From: Bdellovibrionales bacterium RIFOXYD12_FULL_39_22
GTDB taxonomy: Bacteria; Bdellovibrionota; Bacteriovoracia; Bacteriovoracales; Bacteriovoracaceae
Direction: 5' to 3'
DNA length: 64,000 nt
NCBI GenBank assembly: GCA_001770205.1
Contig: MEQL01000039.1
Location: 260,787-324,786, forward strand
Shown: positions 29,436 through 42,100 of the stretch, piece after piece
Layout of the letters: every line of letters starts with the position of its first letter
How positions within the stretch are numbered: the first letter of the stretch is position 1
Program-made: the position numbers and the translations under genes
The notes under the pieces: model-generated
Seen by the model: the letters and a program-made list of their open reading frames with translations, nothing else
Told to the model about the DNA's origin: nothing
Database searches by the model: none

Positions 29436-31834
29436 CGCAACCTACTTTCACAAAACTTATTAACAAGGCAGTAGCTACAACTTTTTTCACTTAATGGATT
29501 GGCCAACATTTCTTGATCTACTTGACAGGTCTGACGCTTTTCTTGTTCATAGTGCTGATAGTCTTGTAATAATTTTTGCCACTCTTCGCTTTTAATTTCT
29601 CTAATTTTAAAATCAAGTCCGCTGGCAAAATTAATAGTCGCCGTATCGGCGGAATATATTAGTGACTTCTCCAGATTAGAAAGACAAAGATATCCCCATA
29701 AAACTAAATCTTCATGTTTAATTGGCCCAATCGCATGAGAATAAAACCAAAGCTGAATTTTTTCAAAGCTTATTAACTCTGTGGCCGCTGGTATACTGGA
29801 AGCTCCTCGCTTAAAATCGATAATCCCTCTAATTTTTCCTTGAGAATCTGTAAGCAAACAATCAATCTCTCCGGTTGAATGGAGAATATCGCCAGCAATC
29901 TTGTAAGCAAAATTTAATCGCAAACCAGGCATGGATTCTAAAAGCTGTGCTAAAAAGTTAATTCCATTTTGTGCATAGGCCATTATCTCTTGCAATATTT
30001 GTTTGTAATAAATTTGGTCAATTTTTTTTTGCTTTTCTTTCTCTAATCGCGCAATCGCATTGATACTTAGTTCTCTGATGTTTTGTTGTTCTGTGGAACT
30101 CGCAAAAAAAGCAGTTATCACTTCATGTTCTAACGATCCCAACTCAGCGGATGTAAAGCTCCCGGGCAGATCTACCTCGGTATCCAAGTGTTTGATGTAC
30201 TGAAAATAATACTTCCTTGGGCAATCAATATAAGATTGCAACCTGCTTGCCGAAAACTTAATAGAATCCAATGGGCCTGTCAGGTGCTGTTTTTTTGCAA
30301 TCACCTCCATTGACAAAAAGAGATTGCTCTCCGGAATTATTTTTATTTTTGTCGGAAATGAATCTATCAATTCTTGCCAGAAAACAATTTCACAAGCAGT
30401 CCTTCTTTCAATAAATAAAACACCGCCGCCTTTTGTTAAAAGTTCTTCTATTTTAAATTTAACAATTTTATTGGACAAATCACCACTTTTAATTGGCCCG
30501 ATGGCGGCCAAACTACTTAATGCAGCTTCATCAAAGCGAAAGCTATCAGCCGCTGAAATTTTTGGATAATCAGAAGTAACACAAACAATATTCTGTGCCT
30601 GGTTATCTAGTAAGCTATACTCATTTACACCCATTACTTTTCCAACTTTAGGGTTGGCGGTAAAATTAACATGACTAGTTCGCGGTAGTTCTAATTGCAC
30701 AACCGTGGCAATTAAACGATTAACCTCCAAAGAAATATTTTTATTACTTTCAGACAACTCTTCCCACGCCGTGGACACTTTTTTAATTACTAATAATATT
30801 TTGAGTTGACGATAGTCTTCTTTCTTTTGCGCTACCGTCAAAAGCTCATCAACTATTTGTTGATACTTGGCCACCGACAAAGATTCACCAGAAGAAAAAA
30901 TTATACTATCTAGCTTTTCAAAAATGGCCCTAAATTTATGCTCAAAAATCTGCTCGGTAACTTTAAATGTCGCCGAAACAAAAGGCAATTCATTGACTTG
31001 AGAAAATTCAACTTCGCTACTGGCCAACACCACATTCGTTGCAAGTGGTAGTTGGCCTTGGCCGTCCATATATTTTTTCAGCGTTATTGCCAAATGATTT
31101 TTATGAAAATAGACGACATTAATTGCTTCATCATTGAAGGCCTTGCTGTTCAACTCGTCTAGGTCGCTTAACTTTAAAATATTAACTTCATCGTCATTTT
31201 TTCCAAGCCAAGATGGCCAATCCGTAGGCCGAGCACTGTGATAAATGATTTCTGGAATAAGTATACAAACATCGGCGACTCTACCCAAAATTTTCAGATA
31301 ATCAATCTGTACTCCGGAAAAAAAATTAAAACCTGCAAAAATATAACTTTTCTGCTTCTCCTGTTTAGAGGCCCTAGCATCACATAGAACTTGCGATAGT
31401 AACTCATACCCCTTGGACTCATCTACAATGTTGGTATCTTCAAAATATTTCCAAAAAATCTTCACTGCCAATTTAGTAGTTTCATCCACCCGATCAATAA
31501 TCTCGCTCACCAAATCAAAATTTAAAGTAAAGCTACGCAATTCACTTAATAGCTCATAAATATAAAAAAACTCCTCAACCTTTCTTCCTGGGAAAAATTT
31601 AAACCAAATAGTACTTAGTTCGAGTAGCGCATCGGCCTTTTTTTTCATAGAAAATTTCGGACAATAATGAGACAACTGAACAGAGATTAATCGACCAATC
31701 GTGACAGAATCTACTTTTTGTCCCAACTCATCGGCCAGGGCCGGAGAGGGAGCTACCAATAAAGTTTTCGGAGCACATGTGGCAAAAAACTCCCGCATTT
31801 GAGAGCTCTGCTTATATAGAATTATTTTTAACAC
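29432..31834 (-). CDS. addB: AddB-like PD-(D/E)XK nuclease subunit
   Basis: C-terminal 'FSASRLQSYIDCP', 'GEIDC', 'IIDFKRG', 'QLWFY', CxxC-x5-C; 4-bp overlap with addA. Confidence 0.75.
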   Translation of the reverse strand: MLKIILYKQSSQMREFFATCAPKTLLVAPSPALADELGQKVDSVTIGRLISVQLSHYCPKFSMKKKADALLELSTIWFKFFPGRKVEEFFYIYELLSELRSFTLNFDLVSEIIDRVDETTKLAVKIFWKYFEDTNIVDESKGYELLSQVLCDARASKQEKQKSYIFAGFNFFSGVQIDYLKILGRVADVCILIPEIIYHSARPTDWPSWLGKNDDEVNILKLSDLDELNSKAFNDEAINVVYFHKNHLAITLKKYMDGQGQLPLATNVVLASSEVEFSQVNELPFVSATFKVTEQIFEHKFRAIFEKLDSIIFSSGESLSVAKYQQIVDELLTVAQKKEDYRQLKILLVIKKVSTAWEELSESNKNISLEVNRLIATVVQLELPRTSHVNFTANPKVGKVMGVNEYSLLDNQAQNIVCVTSDYPKISAADSFRFDEAALSSLAAIGPIKSGDLSNKIVKFKIEELLTKGGGVLFIERRTACEIVFWQELIDSFPTKIKIIPESNLFLSMEVIAKKQHLTGPLDSIKFSASRLQSYIDCPRKYYFQYIKHLDTEVDLPGSFTSAELGSLEHEVITAFFASSTEQQNIRELSINAIARLEKEKQKKIDQIYYKQILQEIMAYAQNGINFLAQLLESMPGLRLNFAYKIAGDILHSTGEIDCLLTDSQGKIRGIIDFKRGASSIPAATELISFEKIQLWFYSHAIGPIKHEDLVLWGYLCLSNLEKSLIYSADTATINFASGLDFKIREIKSEEWQKLLQDYQHYEQEKRQTCQVDQEMLANPLSEKSCSYCLVNKFCESRLR

Positions 31835-31922
31835 CTATAAATCCTTATCATATCAGCTTACTTGCCCGGAAAACGATGACGTACATTTTCTATTAAGTCA
31901 AAAAAACACGGGCGGCCCTTTT

Positions 31923-31970
31923 GGCGTATTTTATAATTGACAATTATAAAATACGGCGTAATTTATAATT
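31923..31970 (+). promoter_or_regulatory. Leaderless sigma70 promoter embedded in a 31-bp palindrome plus a direct repeat
   Basis: CGTATTTTATAATTG-A-CAATTATAAAATACG (31925-31955) contains TTGACA. GGCGTA(T/A)TTTATAATT occurs at 31923 and 31955. TAATTT lies 6 nt before the ATG; no SD. Confidence 0.7.
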
Positions 31971-33152
31971 ATGATTAATAGATTGTTAACTATCAAAAAT
32001 AACAGGAGTTTTTTTCTTTTTGGGCCTCGTCAAACTGGCAAAACCACCTATATTAATCGCCAAATTGAAGGTAAAAAGGCCTTAGCAATAAATCTTTTCC
32101 TCTCTAGCGAGTATGCAAAATTTCTCACCAATCCACAGTCTTTTGAACATGAACTCGACTATGCAATTTTACAGCAACAGGTTACGACAATTTTTATAGA
32201 TGAGATTCAACGTATTCCTGAACTGCTCAATATCGTTCATGTCTTTATTGAAAAATACAAAAACGTACACTTTATTATTTCTGGGTCAAGTGCTCGCAAG
32301 CTAAAACGAGAAGGTGCCAACATGCTTGCCGGGCGAGCACTAAGTTATAAGATGCACCCCTTTAGCTACGAGGAAATTCAATCAAGATCGCCGGCCCTAA
32401 ACGATATCTTGGCCTTTGGACTAATTCCTCCAGTATTTTTATCACCAAACAAAGAAGATAAAATAGAAATGTTACGCAGTTACATTAATACATTTATTCA
32501 CGAAGAAATTGAAGTGGAGGCCCGCATTCGTCGCCTTGATTCCTTCTTTCGTTTTCTCCAAGTTGCTGGCCACGAAAATGGAAACATTCTCAATTTTAGC
32601 AAAATTGGAAAAGACGTTGGAACAAACTACAACACAGTCAAAGATTACTTTCAAATATTAGAAGATTGCCTTATTGGATTTTTTCTCTATCCTTTTGTAC
32701 GCTCTAAGCGAAAAAGAATTTCTAAGCATCCAAAATTTTATTTTTTTGATACAGGCGTTGTTCGCGCAATCACGAAGCGACTAACCGTAACGCTCACTCC
32801 TCTCGATCCAGACTATGGACACCTTTTTGAGCATTTTGTTATTTTGGAAATTATGAAACTGGCCGACAATAATCGACTTGATTTAGATTTATCCTACTTT
32901 AGAACAGAAAAAGGAATGGAGATTGATCTTGTGATCGAAACCCCTGATCGCCAACTAATCGCCTGTGAGATTAAATCCACCTCTTCTCCGACAAGTGAGC
33001 ATTTGAACGCTTTAAGATATTTTCAAAAAGATCATCCCAATTCCAAGTGCTATCTAATTTCCAACATCGTAAGGCCTCAACAAATTGATGGCATTAACAT
33101 TATTCCCTGGCAGCAAATTTCAGCCATGTTCATTCCGTTAGCTAGTAACTAA
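31971..33152 (+). CDS. AAA+ ATPase with DUF4143 (paralog of 1127..2272)
   Basis: GPRQTGKT, 'FIDEIQR', 'SGSSARKL', 'LAGRA', '[10 protein letters not shown]', 'EIDLV...ACEIK'. Confidence 0.9.
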   Translation: MINRLLTIKNNRSFFLFGPRQTGKTTYINRQIEGKKALAINLFLSSEYAKFLTNPQSFEHELDYAILQQQVTTIFIDEIQRIPELLNIVHVFIEKYKNVHFIISGSSARKLKREGANMLAGRALSYKMHPFSYEEIQSRSPALNDILAFGLIPPVFLSPNKEDKIEMLRSYINTFIHEEIEVEARIRRLDSFFRFLQVAGHENGNILNFSKIGKDVGTNYNTVKDYFQILEDCLIGFFLYPFVRSKRKRISKHPKFYFFDTGVVRAITKRLTVTLTPLDPDYGHLFEHFVILEIMKLADNNRLDLDLSYFRTEKGMEIDLVIETPDRQLIACEIKSTSSPTSEHLNALRYFQKDHPNSKCYLISNIVRPQQIDGINIIPWQQISAMFIPLASN

Positions 33153-36100
33153 CCGCTGGCAAATTATCTCCCATTTCATTGACCTCATCACCTCGAGTTG
33201 TTTCGTTTTCATATCCTAGTTGTCCATAAATTCCATATCCCCAACATTTGATGCTGACATTATCTAAAACAGCACAAGAAGACGTGGCCCCGGCCTCTAC
33301 CTGTTTAGGATGACGGCCGCCGCCAAAAGAAATGGGAAGGAGGTTTGGCATATCGGTAGCATATCTTCCATAATCCACTTGATTTCCCTGCCCCAGACGG
33401 CCTAAAGCTCCCTGTCCCCAACACTTAGCATAGCGTTCTCCGGCCTCTGAATATTTTGCGCAAGAGAAGTAGCCACTCTTACTATTGGTAAGGGCCTCTG
33501 TTTTAGCATCTACCCCCAGATATATGGGGACAATGCTGGCCATTTCGCTGGCCTGATCACCGATGATTGTTGAAGTTGCGTTATTGCCTAGGGCCAGTTG
33601 AGAATATGAGTTTATACCCCAACATTTTATCGCCTGCAAATCAGTAATTCCACAGCTCATACTAAATCCGGCGCTAACAGCAACGAAACGATCATTGGGA
33701 AGGTTAACGTAACGCAGATAATCTCCCATTTCATTAATGCCATCACCAATAGTGGCGGTAGAACCAGTTCCTAGTTGGCCATAAAGTCCTGCCCCCCAAC
33801 ATTTTATCTTGTAATTATCCAAAAGAGCGCAGCCGTGTTGATTTCCTGCCGAGATATCAATTATGAACCGATCACTTCCAACATTGATGGAGGCAATGCC
33901 GGCGGCAATGTCTGCGGCGCTATCACCGACAGCATTTGTATGTCCTACTCCCAATCTTCCAAAGGTATTAAGGCCCCAACATTTTGCGCTAAAATTATCA
34001 AATAAGGCGCAGGCATGATCTACACCTAATGCTAACTTGATAGGATTTAACTCCAAAGGAAGTTGCACCGCAAACATGCTATCACCCATCTCGCCGTACT
34101 GATCACCGACATCCGTCTCATTCCCTATTCCCAATCTTCCATACGCATTATTTCCCCAGCACTTAATTTCATTTTCATTAGTTATTGCGCAAGCAAAATC
34201 CCCTCCCGCCGAAATCTCTTTTGCTAAAACGCCATCTCCTAAATCGACAACCGGTAAAGACAGGCCCATTTCTCCTGCATTATCTCCAATTCCACTAAAT
34301 CTTCCATCACTACCTAGTTGTCCGTAATCATTTCTTCCCCAACATTTAACCGCGCCATCACTTAATAGCGCACAACTATGATTTCCTTCGTTACCAGAAG
34401 CAAACTTTAAAATGGTTACTCCGGCACCCAAGTCAAGTGGTAGTAAATTATCTCCCATCTGATTAGAAAACGATCCATAGTTAATGACATTTTCTTGGCC
34501 TAGCTGGCCATAACGGTTGTCTCCCCAACAACGATAACTATCATTATCCAAAATGGCACAATTGTGTTGGCCCGTTGAAGAAAAATCTTTAACTAAAAGG
34601 GGATTGCTGTTTACATCAACACTAAAATCTAACATCGAAAGATTTTCTCCCATATGTAACGGAGTGGTTCCTCGCAAAGACGTATCTCCTAATCCAAGCT
34701 GTCCATAGCTATTTGTTCCCCAACATTTCATTTGCCCGTTAATCAGGTGAGCGCAACTATGTACTATTCCGGAATCAATTTTTTGTGCGGCCATTCCACT
34801 TCCTAAATTAGTGTATAAAAGAGCATCTCCCATTTGCCACGCTGCAGTCCCAACAGATGCAGTGGTAATTCCTTGGCCCAGATTACCTCCGTATTGATTA
34901 TTATAACCCCAACATTTAACCTTCCCATTGTTCAAAATGGCGCAAGTGAAGGAAGCACCTGCCGAGATATCAACGGCCAAGAGAGGGGCCTCATCTAAAA
35001 TCTCTGTTGTCTCTGCATTCCAAAAAGTGGAAATCAAAGAAGAGACATCATGATCACTGCCACCCACAATACCATTTTGCGTGGCAAATCCACCAACTAG
35101 GCCTTCAAAATATGCATTTTCAATAGTACCAAAATTACTGCCAACAATTCCTCCAACGTAGATATCTCCATCAATCTCTCCTTCTACAAAAACGTTAGAG
35201 ATTAATCCATAATTTACCGCCGCAATTCCTCCGCTAAATTTTTTTGTGGAGGCAATGGCCACATCTATAATTCCTAGACGAGAAATTTCCCCATATTGTC
35301 CAACAAACCCAAACAATCCATTATAGTTTTCCTCAAGATTGATGGTTAAATTTGAAAGATATTTTCCATTGCCATCAAAAATTCCCTGAAAGGGATTATT
35401 TGGAGAACCGATCGGGGCCATTGCCACTCCCGATAAATCAATGTCTGCTTCCAATCTAAAATTATCCGTACAGGCCATATTGAAAGTAGCATTGCAACCA
35501 TTGGCCGCAATATCCAACAACTGATCCGCGTTACAAATTAAGTATGGATCAACATCCGAGCCTCCTCCCACTTCGTCATATAGCGAGGCCCCTGCACACA
35601 AACTACCATCTGGCGTTGTTTGTAGTAATGGATGAGTACTTCCTTCACTAATACTCCAAATAGTATCAAAGTCCCAACCCGCACCACTAAAGATGATTTC
35701 CATCTGCGACTCTTCAATACTTATTCCACGGGCCTCATCCTCTGCATATCCAAGAGCAGATCCAAGATTTACGGTTGCAAGCGCATCTCCCATTTCACCT
35801 GGGCCATCACCAATTCGTGCAGTGCCATCTAATCCAAGACCTAATTGTCCATTACTATTTGAACCCCAACATTTTATCTGTCCGCTTTGCAATAAAGCGC
35901 AAGTATGGGCCTGGCCCACGGCAACTTTTTCTACCGTCTCATTTGTTCCCAGATCAATATCCACCAAGGCAACAGAAACCATTCGCGAAGTGATATCGCC
36001 ATACCCCAGCTGTCCAGAGGGGTTAGAGCCCCAACAGCGGATTTTGTCATTAGATAATAAAACACAGAAATGATCATCACCTCCAAATATTTCTTTAATC

Positions 36101-39100
36101 GGCAAATCAAAACTCAGAGTCAGCAAGGTATCGCCCATGGTGTTTATGCGATCTCCTGGATAAATAGCTCCGGCCGGTACCCACCCCAGGGCATTTGAAT
36201 TTTGTCCCCAACAGCGAATTGCTCCTACCGGGCCCGACAGTACTGCACAGCCATTTGTCTCAGAAGTCGCCACATCTACGGCCGTAAGGCCTGTCCCCAA
36301 ATTGACAGGCAATAAGTTATCTGCCATTTCGAAAGGAGAATCTCCAATAGAAGCATCTGGCCGGCCAGTTCTGCCCTCAGCACTACGTCCCCAACACTTA
36401 ACTTTTCCATCGCTCATCAAAGCACAGGCAAAAGTACTTCCCGCTGTTACTTTAACCGCCACACTTCCGGTGTCATTATCATTAATTTTTCCAATCCCAA
36501 TACTGGTTGGCCCGACCACTGCATTTTGCGAGTTGGCCAGAGAAATAATAATCTTCTCCTCTACTTCTGCAAGCGCATCGTCTATGGTGTTAACTGTCAG
36601 CGTGGCCGCCGTTTCGCCAGCAACAATAGTTGCACTCCCATAAGTGTACACCACGTCGTCACCCAATGCCGCGTTGACCGAAACCACTTTCCAATCGAAG
36701 GTTACATTTTCGCTCCATGCAGCAGAAAGATTAACCGTGAATATTAAATCATCACCCTCATCAACTTGCGGTGAATCGATCGTTAAAAGAGGATAATTAC
36801 TATTTAAGTGAAAAAAGAAATTACCGTTGTCGGCCACTAGTTGAGATAACGTTCCATTGGTGGCAGTAACCGTTGCGTAATAGTCTTTATTGGTGGTAAG
36901 TCCACAATTAGTAAAATTAAAATCCGTCGTGCTCGTACTTATGCTCTCACAGGCCGTTGTTCCATTTTCTGCATTAAAAATTTCGGCAGTATAAGTGGCC
37001 GCATTCAAAGAAGAGGTCCAAAAAAGATGAGGAGTATTCCCACTGTCTAAAAGTGCATCCGCAATCTCATCGCTTCCCCCCTTGACTCCCAAAATTTTAA
37101 ATGAGCCAATTCCATCTGCTGGCAAATTAAAAGAGTAAGGCGTGTTAGTGGCACCTACAGTAGAAATGGAATCCTTTGCCCAAACTGCGGCCTTATACGT
37201 AGTTCCAAAATCCAAAGGACAATTTTCAAAAGAGTAACTAGTTGCATTCAACGGTACAATGGTTTCCGCACAAGCGACTGTAACACCATCATCTTGAAAA
37301 ATAGTAACGGCAAAATAATCTTCGCTAATAGGATTTTGCCAGTTTATCGTCGCCCAATTTCCGCTACTAAGGATGCCATCGGCCGAAGCATCCGCACCGC
37401 CAGTCACTCCTAAGATATTAAATGGTGAAGGCGGTATAGTTTGTATCACCGAAAAAGCATATTGATTGGTAGCTTTGCTATTTTGAGCACTATCTATGGC
37501 CACTACTTGTGCATAATAATTAGTTGCATCTTGCAGCGTACAGTTCATAGCATGAGTAGTAACTCCCACATTTACCATTTCAGCGGCACAAGTAACGGAA
37601 GTACCATCACTAGCAAAAATCTCAACTTGGTAATGATCCGCCCCCGGTGAGTATTGCCAACTAATTTGCGGAATCAACCCATCTGACAATGTTGCATCTA
37701 CTTCGCTATCTTGATCACCAAATATTCCCAGTATGGAAAAATCAGCAGGAGGTGATTGATCTACGGAAAAACGAAAGTTGTTATTGGTAGCGGCCAAAGA
37801 TGCCCCACTACCATCATTGGCAGAAAGCGCAATAGCGTAGACAGTTTCATTGGCCAGCGAACATCCACTGTAAGCGTAATTACTACCTGCTACAGTAATT
37901 GGCCCACAGATCGAGGATAATAAATCTGCCGAAAAAATTTCTAATGTATAGTCAACAGCGCCACTAGCATCACTCCAGGTAATTGTAGGAGTTGAATCGC
38001 TCAGCCATTCATCGGATGAAGCATCATCACTTCCAGAAACCCCAGTTATCAAAAAAGGCCCAAGAGTCGCCACACTTCCCTCTGAAAAAAGTGAGACATA
38101 AGGCAAACTATCTCCCATTTCAAAAGGAGCGTTACCAATATCCTGTCGGTGTTCCAACCCTGCCTGGCCTTGTTGATTTCTTCCCCAGCATTTAACTTTG
38201 CCGTTAGTAAAGGTAGCACAGGCAGCTTGCGTGCCACCATATGTAGCAAGCGGAATAGCTCCCACTCCAAAATCAAGTGGCAAAAGTCCACTCCCCATAC
38301 TGGCCGCTGTTGAGCCAACGCTTGTCACGCTCCCTGCTCCTAATTGGCCATGAGTGTTAATTCCCCAACATTTTATCGCCCCATCATCTATAACAACACA
38401 CATGTGCTGTGAAATTCCCCCGCCACTTAGAAGTGAAGTTATTCGATTTGTTGTGCCTAAATTGATGTCGGGAAGATTATCTCCCATTTCTCCGACACTA
38501 TCTCCCCAATTTGTTGAACCAATTCCCAATCCATTGCGGCCACCATCTCCAACTCCCCAACATTTAACATGGCCATTACTTAGCAGAGTGCAGGTTGCCG
38601 AATTAAAGGCACTCACTTGTATGGGTAATAATCCGCTGGTTCCTAAATTTACTACCGGTAAATTATCTCCCATCTCGCCCGTACTATCACCAAGAGTTAG
38701 GTTATTCTCATACCCAAGCTGGCCGCCAGCACCTCGCCCCCAACATTTCATGGATTGGTCATCCAAAATCGCACAACCGTGATTGGTTCCCAGGGTAAAG
38801 CTTACCACTTTCTTATCTGTGCCCAAATCAATGCGCGCCAAGGAATCACCCATCTCTCCGCTTGCATCGCCAATCGTAGCAGAGTTGCCGATACCTAAAA
38901 TGCCATATTCATTATATCCCCAGCATTTAACCGACTGGTCAGTCAAAAGTGCACAGGTAGTATTGACGGTGGCATTAAGATTTAGCGCTGATTTGTTTGT
39001 TCCCAGATTTACAAAGAGCAAATTATCTCCCATCTGATCTGCCTGATATGGAATCTCATTTGTGTGTCCTAATCCTAATTGGCCGCGAGAATTATATCCC

Positions 39101-42100
39101 CAACATTTAACTCTACCGTCGTTAAATAGCGCGCAGGTATGAGACTCTCCGGCCACCAAATCTACTGCCACTAATCCCGTTCCTAGATCGACATAAGGTA
39201 AATTATCTCCCATTTCTCCCACATCATCTCCAACATACATATCACCTTGGCCCAAGCGTCCCCGAGCTGCCGCGCCCCAACATTTTAGTTGCCCACTATT
39301 ATCCACCACGCAATTAGTGCGCCCAAATCCATTCGCACTACCTAATAGACTGACGGAAGCGGCCGTGCCGATATTTACAAAGGGGAGAGAATTTCCCATC
39401 TCTCCGGCCAGGTCAGCACGATCATCTCGATCTTCGTACCCTAGTTGGCCGGCCTCGTTACGCCCCCAGCACTTCAAAGAGTCATTCGTTAAAACCGCAC
39501 AAACACTCTCTCCGATAGCTGCAATATCTTTTACCGTATCTATATCTCCCAGATCAACGGCCGCTAAAACATCTCCCATTTCTCCCGGGCCATCACCGAC
39601 ACTATTTGCTGTGTAATAACCTAACGCCCCATAAGAAAAGCGCCCCCAACATTTGAGCATGTCATCATTTAAGATGGCACAAGTTGAATGGATGGTTGTC
39701 GATATTTTTTTTACCGTTTTGCCAGCGCCTAAATCAAGAAAGGGAAGCGCCGCTCCCATCTCTCCGGCCACGTCTCCCAAATCGTTGGTATTACCGGTTC
39801 CTAATTTCCCGTAATCCCCTTGCCCCCAACACTTAACTCGCCCATCGGCCATGATCACGCAAGCATGAGCGGCCCCAGTAAAAATCAACGAAGCAGAGGC
39901 CACCGTTCCTAAATCCAAAGATGAAAGATAATCCCCCATCTCCCCAACACTGTCCCCAATATTAGTGGAGGCCTCGCTGCCAAGACGGCCATCGGCTCCA
40001 CTGCCCCAGCACTTAACACCCCCATCATTTAAAACAGCACAGGTAAAACTTCCTCCAGCAGATATATCGGTAGCAGTTTTTCCAGTGCCAAGATTTACAA
40101 ACGGCAAGTTACTTCCCATCGTGATGGCCGTGTACCTACTTGTGGTGTTTCCATAACCAAGCTGGCCCGAACTGTTTAACCCAAAACATTTGACTTTCCC
40201 GTCAGTAAAAAGAACACAGCTATGCTCCGATCCAACACTTAGTTTTTTGATACTCTGACTATATCCTAAATCTATCAGTGGCAAATTATCGCCCATTTCT
40301 CCGGCACTATCGCCCAGGGATTGATCATCAGAAAAACCGTTATCATACCCGAGGACACCATTGATGCCATCTCCCCAGCACTTGATGCGATCAACCAGTC
40401 CATTATTGAGTAAAGCACAATTGTGGTGTGATCCTCCCCCTATCGCTCTAATCGTCCAGGAAGATCCCAAGCTAACAGTTGGCAAATTATCTCCCATCTC
40501 CCCTGTCTGATCTCCTCTGTTTTTTCCTACAATTCCCAAGCGGCCATTTTCAGTATATCCCCAACATTTTACCTTGCCGGTAGAGAGTAGAGCGCAGGTA
40601 TGCTCTGCGCCAATTGCCATCTTGCTCACTGCTAGACCCGATGCAAAATCGTTATCCTGAATAGTGGCCTTACCAACCACGCTGCCACTTATGGCCACGT
40701 GATCCGTGCTAGTAAACGCTACGCTAAAAAACTCTGCTAATTCAGGAAGATTATCTTCTAATGTTTGTACCGCAAAATTAGCAGCGGTCTCTCCCGGTGC
40801 AAGTACGATAGTTCCTTTTTCACCTATAAAATCACTTTCGGCCATTGCAGAAATACCTGCCGCACTCCAATTTAGAGTAACACTTTCATCCAGACACGCC
40901 TGACTAAGCGCTAATGAAAAAACGGCCTTCGAACCTTCACTGATTACCGCATCGCTAACCACCACAGAAGGCAAGTCATTCTCCAAAATAGTTGCGGTAG
41001 CACTGGCGCTTGATCCAATCGTCGTGATGTTAGTAAAATTAGATATGGTGGCCGAAAAATTTTCGTGGGGCTCACACCAGACAATATCGTTCAGCGAGGA
41101 TACTACAAAGGCCGTTGTACTGGCGGAGGAAGGGATGGTTATTCGATCAAAAACAGGAATGGTATAATCAACTCCCGCTGTGGAGGTTGCAGCATCTACT
41201 TGCCAGTCAAAGGAGGTATCATTTTCACTTAGATTGGAGAGAGTGGCAGTAAACGTAAATACCGATCCTTCTGTTTTTCTATTGGCCGGAAGCGTTAGCG
41301 AAATTGTCGGAGCAGCATCATCGTCAAGAATTGTTCCATAGGCCAGACTATTTACCAGGATTGCGCCAGCAGGGGAAAAAAGTGATAAGGAAAAATCTTG
41401 TTCTGCCGGCTCATCATAGGTATCGTTTATCAGCGAAACGGCCATCTCTTTCGTAGTCTCTCCGGCCAAAAAGGTTAGCGCGGTGTTGCTTGCCATGTAG
41501 TCAGCAAAAATTCCCGTGGCGCTGGCCGATCCATTCAGAGTTTGCCAATTAACGGTAACATCCCACTCTGTGGCAACTTCTAGTGAAAGCGGAAAAATTA
41601 TATTTCCACTTAAAACATTTTCGGCCTCTGATTGTGCAGTATCCGTAATGGTAATCTTTGGCAAAATTCTAAATTGATACGGATCGTTGCTGGCCGCAGT
41701 ATCTGTCACTCCAGCGTTTTTTGCCATCACATGGGCCCTGTATATTTTTCCGGTCAAAAGCGAACAACTGCTAAGAGCAAAAAAAGTTGTGCTGGCCGCC
41801 AAATCAGAAAAAGCGCAAATAGTAACATCCGCGGCCGTAGTTATGCTGACATCATAGTTGTCTTGATAATTGCTGGCCGACCAATGTAAAACTATCGCGG
41901 AACCATCCGTCAGATCTGCCAAGGCAAAAACATTGCTTTGACTAGTTAATCCTTCAATCAAAAAAGCGGATGGTGGAATCGGAGTCGGCGTTGGAGTCGG
42001 AGTTGGAGTTGGAGTTGGAGTCGGAGTTGGAGTCGGAGTTGGAGTTGGAGTTGGAGTCGGAGTTGGAGTCGGCGTTGGAGTCGGAGTTGGAGTTGGAGTT

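Noticed and set aside
33142..40640. Regularly recurring AATTATCTCCCAT-like DNA repeats resembling a CRISPR array or DGR
   Set aside because: They encode the MGDNL motif inside an open frame and vary at third positions. No cas or reverse transcriptase genes are present.
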